Below, piece by piece: positions 1 to 6,733 of a DNA stretch of 10,448 bases. How positions within the stretch are numbered: the first letter of the stretch is position 1; each line of letters starts with the position of its first letter. Made by a program: the position numbers and the translations under genes. Origin of the DNA: a bacterium (lineage in GTDB: Bacteria; Sysuimicrobiota; Sysuimicrobiia; Sysuimicrobiales; Humicultoraceae); NCBI GenBank assembly GCA_041497675.1, contig JBGQGY010000123.1, positions 1 to 10,448 of the forward strand, read 5' to 3'. Under the pieces are notes generated by a model that was not told where the DNA came from, made no database searches, and was given only the letters and a program-made list of their open reading frames with translations.

Positions 1-316
1 AGAGCTTGCTGGACATTTCGAACACTTCGAGCAGTTCGGCGATCGTGCGTTCGCGCTCGCGCGTGTCGTTCGACCGGATCGCCGTGGACGCGCAGGTTTC
101 GAGATGATCTTCGAGGATCATCGCATTCACGCGGTCCAAGGCGCGCTGGATCGCCAACACCTGCCGCATCACGTCCACGCAGTACGCGCCGTCCTCGACC
201 ATCCGCTCGACGCCGCCCACGTGCCCGGCGACGCTGCGCAGCCGGGCCTGGATCTTCTGCCGCTTCTCCTTCGACCCGTGGGACCCGTGCCGGACAAGGG
301 GTATCGTGGCAGCCAT
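1..316 (-). CDS. csoR: CsoR/RcnR-family metal-sensitive transcriptional repressor, probably Cu(I)-sensing CsoR (stop codon at or beyond the window edge)
   Basis: Manual translation from ATG at 316: MAATIPLVRHGSHGSKEKRQKIQARLRSVAGHVGGVERMVEDGAYCVDVMRQVLAIQRALDRVNAMILEDHLETCASTAIRSNDTRERERTIAELLEVFEMSSKL (105 codons to position 2). It has the RL-x-x-(I/V)-x-G(H/Q) motif, Y45-C46, and H71-x3-C75, i.e. the x-C-H-C fingerprint. AGGAG SD lies about 9 nt upstream. It is absent from the ORF track because no stop lies inside the window. Confidence 0.93.
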   Translation of the reverse strand, partial: MAATIPLVRHGSHGSKEKRQKIQARLRSVAGHVGGVERMVEDGAYCVDVMRQVLAIQRALDRVNAMILEDHLETCASTAIRSNDTRERERTIAELLEVFEMSSKL

Positions 317-335
317 GAGCGCGTCTCCTGTCGTC

Positions 336-361
336 GACCCCCTCCCCTGGGGGGAGGGGTC
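336..361. promoter_or_regulatory. Putative CsoR operator (C-tract/G-tract inverted repeat)
   Basis: The sequence is GACCCCCTCCCCTGGGGGGAGGGGTC, with perfect 9-bp arms CCCCTCCCC (339-347) and GGGGAGGGG (351-359). It lies between the predicted transcription start and the SD. CsoR-family operators are typically C/G-tract pseudo-palindromes. Confidence 0.65.
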
Positions 362-368
362 AATTTCC

Positions 369-398
369 AGCATACCCCGTCCATGGAACTGTTGTCAA
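369..398 (-). promoter_or_regulatory. sigma70-type promoter of csoR
   Basis: On the minus strand: TTGACA (398-393), an 18-nt spacer, then TATGCT (374-369). This is a perfect -35 and a 4/6 -10 in very GC-rich DNA, about 53 nt upstream of the csoR ATG. Confidence 0.75.
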
Positions 399-503
399 CG
401 CTGGGCGCCTTCGTCTAGCGGCAAGCCGCATCCGGTTCGGCAGGGCGCCCTGAGGCAGTCAGCGAATCGCAGCAGAGAATTTCGTGAGCGAGGAGGCGAG
501 ATC

Positions 504-1769
504 ATGAGGACGCGCGTACTAGTCGGCATCGCGACCTGCCTGATCGCACTGGTGCTCGTGCCGGCGCACGCACAGGGCCCCGTCACGATCACCTGGTCGA
601 CGCTGGCAACCGGCGGGCCGAGTGTGTCAGACGTCTACCGGGCACTGGCGCTGCAGTTCGAACGACAGAATCCCAACGTCAGAGTGAATTTGCAGATACA
701 GCCGGGTACCTCCGGAGAACAATACAATCGATACGTGACGTTGTTCGCGGCCAAGGATGCCTCGGTGGACGTGATCTCGATCGACGTGATCTGGCCCGCC
801 CCGATGGCCGCGGCCGGCTGGCTCGCGCCCCTGGATCAATGGTTCTCGCGAGACAAACGCGAGGACTACCTGCCGGGCGCTATCCAGGCAAACATCATCG
901 GTGGCAAGATCTACGGCATCCCCTGGTACACGGATGCCGGGATGCTCTATTACCGCAAGGACCTCCTCCAAAAGCACAACGTGAAGGTCCCAACGACATG
1001 GGATGAATTGATCGCGAGCGCACAGCGCGTCGTCCAGGCCGAGAACAACCCTCAGTTGATGGGTTTCTTGTTCCAGGGCGCGCGGATCGAGGCCCTCGCC
1101 AACTTCTTCTTCGAGGTCCTCTGGAGTAACGGCGGCGATATCCTGGACGGCACCGGCAAGGTCGTCGTCGACAACGGCAAGGGTCAGGAGGCTGCCAACT
1201 TCATCCTCGATCTGATCCGCAAGCACAAGGTCACCCCGCAGGGCGTCACCACCCTGCCGACCGACGACACGCGGGCGGTGTTCCAGGACGGCCGTGTCGT
1301 GTTCATGCGCAACTGGACGTACGCGTACGGTCTCTTCCAGGGTGAGAACTCCAAAGTCGTGGACCGGGTCGGTATTGCGCCGCTCCCCAGGGGCAGCGCC
1401 GGCAGTGCATCTACCTTGGGCGGCTGGAACCTGGCGGTCAGCAACTTCTCACGCAACAAGGAGGTCGCCTTCCGCTTTGTCGAGTTCATGACCGGCGGCG
1501 TCGCGGAGAAAAGCATGGCGCTGCAGTTGAGCACGGTGCCGACGCGCAAGGATACGTTCGGCGATGCCGTGGTCAAGCAGAAGTCCCCCCACTACCCGGA
1601 CATGTTGAAGGTGGTTTTGAACGCGCGCCCGCGCCCGCAGATCGCCGACTACCCGCGGCTGTCGAGCATCGTGCAGACAAACCTGCACGCGGCGTTGACC
1701 AACCAGATCAGCGGCGATGAGGCGGTCACCCGCATAGCCCGGGAGATCCGGGGGCTGCTGAACCAGTAG
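504..1769 (+). CDS. Carbohydrate ABC transporter substrate-binding protein (family 1, trehalose/maltose-binding-like; SmoF-like)
   Basis: Start reassigned to ATG 504 because AGGAGG lies at 491-496 and a Sec signal peptide follows (MRTRVLVGIATCLIALVLVPAHA|Q). Motifs: DVIWPA, TDAGMLYYRKDLL, PTTWDEL, FMRNWTY, STLGGWNL, ARPRP. 421 aa. Confidence 0.93.
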   Translation: MRTRVLVGIATCLIALVLVPAHAQGPVTITWSTLATGGPSVSDVYRALALQFERQNPNVRVNLQIQPGTSGEQYNRYVTLFAAKDASVDVISIDVIWPAPMAAAGWLAPLDQWFSRDKREDYLPGAIQANIIGGKIYGIPWYTDAGMLYYRKDLLQKHNVKVPTTWDELIASAQRVVQAENNPQLMGFLFQGARIEALANFFFEVLWSNGGDILDGTGKVVVDNGKGQEAANFILDLIRKHKVTPQGVTTLPTDDTRAVFQDGRVVFMRNWTYAYGLFQGENSKVVDRVGIAPLPRGSAGSASTLGGWNLAVSNFSRNKEVAFRFVEFMTGGVAEKSMALQLSTVPTRKDTFGDAVVKQKSPHYPDMLKVVLNARPRPQIADYPRLSSIVQTNLHAALTNQISGDEAVTRIAREIRGLLNQ

Positions 1770-1782
1770 CGGTTCCCCGCGC

Positions 1783-2721
1783 ATGGCCGCGCCGTCGCTC
1801 GCCCTGGCGGGATCGGGATCGCGAACGGTCCGGCGGTGGCTGACGGGCCAGTTCACCGAGCCGGAACTGGCCGCGGTGCTGCTCCTACCCTGTTTCCTCT
1901 TCCTGGCCGTCTTCGCGCTGTATCCAATCGTCAGCGCGTTCTGGACCAGCCTGCACCAGTTGCGGCTGGACCAACCCCTGGTCGGCTTCCCGTTCATCGG
2001 GCTGCGCAACTTTGGTCGGGCTCTGGGCGACCCGGACGCCTGGCACGCGATCCGTGTCACGCTCATCTACACGGTTGTCACGGTCGCGTCGCAGTTCGTC
2101 TCTGGGCTGGGTATCGCGCTGGTGATCAATCGCATGGGCCGCGGCAAGGGGTTCGTGCGCACGGCCGCGTTGCTGCCGTGGACCATGGCTGCGATCCTCG
2201 TCGGCCAAATGTGGCGGTGGCTCTTCAACGATCAGGCCGGTGTGATCAACGATCTGCTGCACCGGGTCGGGCTGATCGATCAGCAGATCATCTGGCTGGG
2301 CGTGCCGATCCTCGCGTATGTGGCCGTCGTCGTCGCGGCGACCTGGAGCGCGGGTTCCTACATGGCGCTCATCCTGCTGGCCGGCCTCCAGGGGATTCCC
2401 GACGAGATGTATGAGGCCGCGGGCATCGACGGGGCCACGCCGGTACAGGCGTTCTTTGCCGTCACGCTGCCCATGCTGCGAAACGCCATCATGGTCTCGC
2501 TGGTGCTGCGGACCCTGGGGGCGCTTCAGGCCTTCGACCTGCCATTCCAGATGACCGGCGGCGGCCCGGGGAACGCCACCGAGACGTTTGCCCTCTTCAT
2601 CTACAAGAACACCTTTCAGTTTTTGGACTTTGGGTACGGCGCGGCGTTGTCGGTGATCCTGCTCTTTGTGGCCCTGGGGTTCGCGGGAACCTACTACCGC
2701 GTGCTCGCACCGAGAGACTGA
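1783..2721 (+). CDS. Carbohydrate ABC transporter permease (MalF/UgpA type)
   Basis: Multiple TM segments, FIGLRNF, EAA loop (LQGIPDEMYEAAGIDGA), MTGGGPGNATET and FGYGAALS. No strong SD, so the exact start is less certain. Confidence 0.92.
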   Translation: MAAPSLALAGSGSRTVRRWLTGQFTEPELAAVLLLPCFLFLAVFALYPIVSAFWTSLHQLRLDQPLVGFPFIGLRNFGRALGDPDAWHAIRVTLIYTVVTVASQFVSGLGIALVINRMGRGKGFVRTAALLPWTMAAILVGQMWRWLFNDQAGVINDLLHRVGLIDQQIIWLGVPILAYVAVVVAATWSAGSYMALILLAGLQGIPDEMYEAAGIDGATPVQAFFAVTLPMLRNAIMVSLVLRTLGALQAFDLPFQMTGGGPGNATETFALFIYKNTFQFLDFGYGAALSVILLFVALGFAGTYYRVLAPRD

Positions 2722-2724
2722 ACG

Positions 2725-3558
2725 ATGGCGGGACGCAGCCGGCTGGGGACGTACGGGTTCTACGCGCTCGTGGTATTGGTGGTCGTCTATTCGCTCGCGC
2801 CGTACGTGTGGACTGTCTTCACATCCTTGAAGACCGAGCGCGAACTCTACCAATTTCCGGTCACCTACGCTCCTCGCAGACCAACCATCAACAACTACGT
2901 ACAGGTCTTCATCCAGAACCCATTCGGGCGGTTTCTGCTGAACAGCGCCGTTGTGTCGGTGACGTCGACCCTGATCTGCCTGCTGATGGCGGCGCTGGCC
3001 GCCTACGCCTTTGCAAGGCTGACGTTCCCACGGAGCCAGGTTCTGCTGGTCGCCATCCTGATCGTGGCGATGATCCCGCTGATCACGGTCATCGTCCCCT
3101 TGTACATTCTGGTCAGGAACCTGGGACTGCTGAACACCTACTGGGGGTTGATGGCGCCGTACATCACCTACTCGCTGCCGGTGGCGATCTTTATCCTGTC
3201 GGCGTTCTTTCGCGAGATCCCGCGCGAGCTTGAGGAGGCGGCGCTCCTCGACGGATGTACCCGGCTCAACACCCTGTGGCGGGTGATCGCTCCGCTGTCG
3301 GCGCCGGGGTTGATCACCGCCGGCATCATCGTGTTCATCCAGACGTGGAACGAGTTCCTGGTGGCGCTGACGTTGACAAGCACCCCAGCGGTCCGCACGA
3401 TCACGGTGGGCATCGCGTTGTACCGGGGCGAGTTTGCCTTTCCGTGGGGCGTGATCTCGGCAGCCGTGATCCTCGCCACCATTCCGATCGTGACGCTGAT
3501 CTTGCTCGGACAGCGGCTGATCGTCCGCGGGCTGACCGCCGGGGCGGTCAAAGGGTGA
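2725..3558 (+). CDS. Carbohydrate ABC transporter permease (MalG/UgpE type)
   Basis: TSLK, LNS, AAYAFARL, LGLLNTYWGL, EAA loop (IPRELEEAALLDG), WNEF, and a C-terminal GLTAGAVKG. Confidence 0.94.
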   Translation: MAGRSRLGTYGFYALVVLVVVYSLAPYVWTVFTSLKTERELYQFPVTYAPRRPTINNYVQVFIQNPFGRFLLNSAVVSVTSTLICLLMAALAAYAFARLTFPRSQVLLVAILIVAMIPLITVIVPLYILVRNLGLLNTYWGLMAPYITYSLPVAIFILSAFFREIPRELEEAALLDGCTRLNTLWRVIAPLSAPGLITAGIIVFIQTWNEFLVALTLTSTPAVRTITVGIALYRGEFAFPWGVISAAVILATIPIVTLILLGQRLIVRGLTAGAVKG

Positions 3559-4889
3559 CACGGGTCGGGTTGGTGCCGATCGTCCGGCCGCTCTTCCGGG
3601 GCGCGCAGATGGGGTTGTGGGAGCGCAGCCAGCGGCTGCTTGCGGAGGCGGCGTCGCGGCTGGGGTTCTCACTGGCGTTTGCGTCGCCGCCGGTGGCCGA
3701 GGTCCATGAGGCGCGCGCGCAGGCCGAGGCCGCGGCCCGCGCTGATCTCGACCTGCTACTCGTGCAGCACGTGACGTTTGCCACCGGGGATCTGCTGGTT
3801 CCGTTTCTCGAACTGCCGCTGCCCCTCGGTCTGTGGGCGTTGCCCGAGGCCACGGCGTCGGGTCCCCTCCCGCAGAATGCACTATGCGGCCTCAACATGA
3901 GCATGAGCCTGCCGGTCAGGCGATCTGTGCCGGTCAAATGGTTTTACGGTGACCCTGCGGATGAGGCGTTCGAGCGGGCTCTCGAGGCGACGGTGCGGGC
4001 GCTCGCCGGGCGCCGTGCGGTGATGCGCGGGCGGCTTCTGTGGATCGGTGGCACGGCCCCCGGATTCTACGGGATCGAGACGAAGCCCGACCTCCCGTTG
4101 CAGATCGACGAGGCGCCGCTGGAGCGGTTCTTCGATGCGCTCGATGGTGTGACGCCGTCGGAGGTCGACGCGCGCCTGAAGGATGTCGACGAGGTGACCA
4201 CCTTTCCACGGTTGGATCTGCGCGCCTCCGTGCGGGTGGAGCTGGCGCTGGAGCGTCTCAGTCACGGATACGATGGAATTGCGCTGCGGTGTTGGCCGGA
4301 ACTCCCGGAGCGGACCGGCGCGATGGCCTGCGCCGCGTTCGCGCGCCTGGGCGACCGCGGACTTCCGCTCGCCTGCGAAGGCGATATCGGCGGGCTGGCG
4401 TCCATGCTCGCCGTGGCGGCGGTGACGCGCGGGCCGGCGGTGATGCTCGATCTTTCACACTCGCGGGAAGACGCGTTGTTGTTCTGGCACTGCGGCAACG
4501 CGCCGCGGGCCTGGGCCGGGGGTGAGACGAGGCTGACGCCGCACTTCAACCGGCAGATCCCCGCGGTACGCGACATGCGCCTGCGGCCGGGACCGGTGAG
4601 CGGCCTCCGGCTTCTGGAAGACCGCACGGCGGCGGTGTACAGCGGGCACGTTATGCCGCCTTCGGGAGGCTACGACGGCGTGTCGGGGTGGATCGGGGCG
4701 CTGCGCTGGGCCAGGAATCCGATCACGCCCCACGGATATGTCGCGACGGTGCTCAACCACCGGCTCCCCCACCACTTCATCTGGGGATTGGGTGATGAGC
4801 ACTCGGCGATGCTCGAATGCTGCGACTGGCTCGGCTACCGCGTGTTGCCCGCCGATCCCGAGCCACGGGTGGTCACATGGCCCGCGTAG
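3555..4889 (+). CDS. L-fucose/L-arabinose isomerase-superfamily sugar isomerase (SqvD/SftI sulfoquinovose isomerase-like)
   Basis: GTG start overlaps the permease stop (GTGA, 3555-3558); 444 aa. Motifs: QHVTFA, ALRCWP, ACEGD (E275), D299 exactly 24 residues later (the E337/D361 spacing of E. coli FucI), FWHCG, HFNR and a C-terminal PHH (metal His). Confidence 0.82.
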   Translation: MTRVGLVPIVRPLFRGAQMGLWERSQRLLAEAASRLGFSLAFASPPVAEVHEARAQAEAAARADLDLLLVQHVTFATGDLLVPFLELPLPLGLWALPEATASGPLPQNALCGLNMSMSLPVRRSVPVKWFYGDPADEAFERALEATVRALAGRRAVMRGRLLWIGGTAPGFYGIETKPDLPLQIDEAPLERFFDALDGVTPSEVDARLKDVDEVTTFPRLDLRASVRVELALERLSHGYDGIALRCWPELPERTGAMACAAFARLGDRGLPLACEGDIGGLASMLAVAAVTRGPAVMLDLSHSREDALLFWHCGNAPRAWAGGETRLTPHFNRQIPAVRDMRLRPGPVSGLRLLEDRTAAVYSGHVMPPSGGYDGVSGWIGALRWARNPITPHGYVATVLNHRLPHHFIWGLGDEHSAMLECCDWLGYRVLPADPEPRVVTWPA

Positions 4890-5767
4890 TCGCCCTTGGC
4901 ACCGCGAACGACGATCATCGTCTCTGGGTCAGACATTTCCCTCCAGACGCTCCCCGGACACGCGCCACGGACTACCTGGAGGATCTCGGCGGGCCGGCCG
5001 CCGTCGCGGCGCGCGCAGCGGCGCGGCTCGGCGGAGAGACGGTCTTTGTCGGGCGCCGTGGTGATGATGATGCGGGGCGCAAGCTGGAAGAGTGGCTCGC
5101 AGGCGACGGGGTGGACACGCGTTGGTTCGCTGCCACCCCCGCCGCGCGGACGCCGGTGAGCATCGTGCTCATCTCGCCGGATGGGGAGCGGCACATCTTC
5201 CACTACGCCGGCGAGGGGCTGCCGGAAGACGGCCACTGGGATCCGGACGCGCTGCTTGATCGGGTCGGCGTCGTGCTGGTCGACCTGCGGTGGCCCGCGG
5301 CCGCGACGCGTCTGGCCCGCGACGCCCGCGCGCGCGCGATACCCGTGGTCGTGGACATGGACAAAGATGTCCCCGAGGCCTGGTCGCTTGCCGCCTTGAG
5401 CACACACACGATCGCCGACGGCCTGATGGCCAAAGTCACTGGGGGCGTCGACCCCCTGCTGGCCCGCCTACACGATCTCGGTGTCTGGGGGGCGGTCACG
5501 GTTGGACGCGAGGGCGTGTGGTATCGTGGAGGCCACGTGCCGGCGTTTCCCGTGACGGTACGCGACAGCACGGGCGCCGGTGACGTCTTTCACGGCGCGT
5601 TCGCGCTGGCCCTGGCCGAGGGACGCCGGGAGGGCGACGCCCTGATCTTCGCCTCAGCGGCGGCGGCACTGCGTTGCGCGACTGCGGCGGTGCCGTACCG
5701 TCGAGACGTGGAGCGATTCCTGGAGGTCGGACATGCCGCACACCCCTCAGACCATCACGCCGGGTAA
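4877..5767 (+). CDS. PfkB-family carbohydrate kinase (sulfofructose kinase YihV-like)
   Basis: ATG 4877 overlaps the isomerase end by 13 nt; 296 aa. GGPAA..A.AAARLG, G.RGDD, DGER, DLRW, and the anion-hole motif DSTGAGDVFHGA (catalytic D236). Confidence 0.9.
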   Translation: MARVVALGTANDDHRLWVRHFPPDAPRTRATDYLEDLGGPAAVAARAAARLGGETVFVGRRGDDDAGRKLEEWLAGDGVDTRWFAATPAARTPVSIVLISPDGERHIFHYAGEGLPEDGHWDPDALLDRVGVVLVDLRWPAAATRLARDARARAIPVVVDMDKDVPEAWSLAALSTHTIADGLMAKVTGGVDPLLARLHDLGVWGAVTVGREGVWYRGGHVPAFPVTVRDSTGAGDVFHGAFALALAEGRREGDALIFASAAAALRCATAAVPYRRDVERFLEVGHAAHPSDHHAG

Positions 5768-6731
5768 GGCTCGGAGCCTCGCCCGGATCTCGGACGGCGA
5801 AGGACGCTACGCCGTCCTGGCCATCGATCAGCGATGGCAGCTCTTCGAGTTCATCAGCCGCCTGCTGGGCAAGCCGGCGGACGCGGTGGACGCGGAAACG
5901 GGCGAAGTCAAAGCCGTCCTGGCATCGGCGCTGGCCTCGAACGTCACGGGGCTGCTGGTGGATCCGTTCTGCGGCTACCATCGGGTGGTCCCGGATCTGC
6001 CTCGAAGTGTCGGCCTCTTGCTCACCATGGAAAACCACGAGTTCGTGACAGACTCCGACGGGCACCGCCGTAGCCTGCTGATGCCGGGGTGGAGTGTTGC
6101 CGCGGCCGTGCGTGCCGGCGCCGAAGCCTTGAAAGTGCTGGTGTGGTACCGGCATGATGCGCCGGCGCCGATCCGCGCGTTTCAGCGGGACTTCGTCCGC
6201 ACGATGGGTGACGACTGCCGCGCTGCCGATCGCCCCCTCGTGCTCGAGATCTTGCCGTATCGTCTGCCCGCGGAGACCGAAGCCGAGTACGCGCGCAGTC
6301 TGCCGCACCTGACAGTGGGTCTCGCCGAGGCGTTCGCCGACCCTGCCCTCCGCGTCGATCTCTACAAGCTGGCTTTGCCCGGTAGTCCGACCGGCGTCCG
6401 TGACTGGAACGGCAGTCTCTACGCTCTTGCCGATCTGCGCGCGCACATGACGCGGATCACAGATATGCTGCCCGCGCCGTGGGTGTTGTTGAGTGGCGGC
6501 ATGCCGTCGCATCAGTTCGTCGACGCGCTCCGGGCCGCGCTCGATGGTGGCGCGCGCGGTTACCTGGCGGGTCGAGCCGTGTGGTGGGAACCGCTGCAGG
6601 CCTACCCCGATCTCGCGGCCGTCAGGAGAAACCTCCGGACCAGCGGTCTGGCCACACTGGCGGCCCTGAACCGCGAGATCGAACGGCTACCGGCGCAGCG
6701 TCCCGACGCGTCGTGGCGCCTGGGGGGCTGA
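5733..6731 (+). CDS. Class I aldolase, tagatose-1,6-bisphosphate aldolase (LacD)/sulfofructosephosphate aldolase (YihT) family
   Basis: GGAGGT SD at 5722-5727. Motifs: VLAIDQR, ALKVLVWY, LVLEIL, DLYK (Schiff-base K212), PWVLLSGG and GYLAGRAVW. Confidence 0.9.
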   Translation: MPHTPQTITPGKARSLARISDGEGRYAVLAIDQRWQLFEFISRLLGKPADAVDAETGEVKAVLASALASNVTGLLVDPFCGYHRVVPDLPRSVGLLLTMENHEFVTDSDGHRRSLLMPGWSVAAAVRAGAEALKVLVWYRHDAPAPIRAFQRDFVRTMGDDCRAADRPLVLEILPYRLPAETEAEYARSLPHLTVGLAEAFADPALRVDLYKLALPGSPTGVRDWNGSLYALADLRAHMTRITDMLPAPWVLLSGGMPSHQFVDALRAALDGGARGYLAGRAVWWEPLQAYPDLAAVRRNLRTSGLATLAALNREIERLPAQRPDASWRLGG

Positions 6732-6733
6732 GC

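Noticed and set aside
1..316. Regulator as sulfur-sensing CstR controlling the sulfosugar operon
   Set aside because: Tyr-Cys...His-x3-Cys is the Cu-CsoR fingerprint, and the operator sits at csoR's own promoter. The adjacency is probably incidental.
104..418. 104-aa plus-strand ORF
   Set aside because: Antisense shadow of csoR, which has family motifs, an SD and a promoter.
306..503. N-terminal extensions in the ORF track (starts at 306, 3255, 4817, 6479, 9486)
   Set aside because: SD sites, the signal peptide, stop/start coupling and family alignment favour starts at 504, 3555, 4877, 6734 and 9456.
1770..1786. CGGTTCCCCGCGCATG, resembling part of a type I-E CRISPR repeat
   Set aside because: Single partial copy, no spacers and no cas genes; it is the short SBP-permease junction.
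1885..3882. 665-aa minus-strand ORF and the many other overlapping ORFs in the track
   Set aside because: Low-complexity Arg/Pro/Gln-rich antisense or off-frame shadows of well-supported genes, expected at this GC content.
3555..6731. Canonical L-fucose/L-arabinose or lactose tagatose-6-phosphate pathway
   Set aside because: The fucose and arabinose pathways use FGGY kinases and class II aldolases or epimerases, and the lactose pathway uses LacAB and a PTS. None of these is present.
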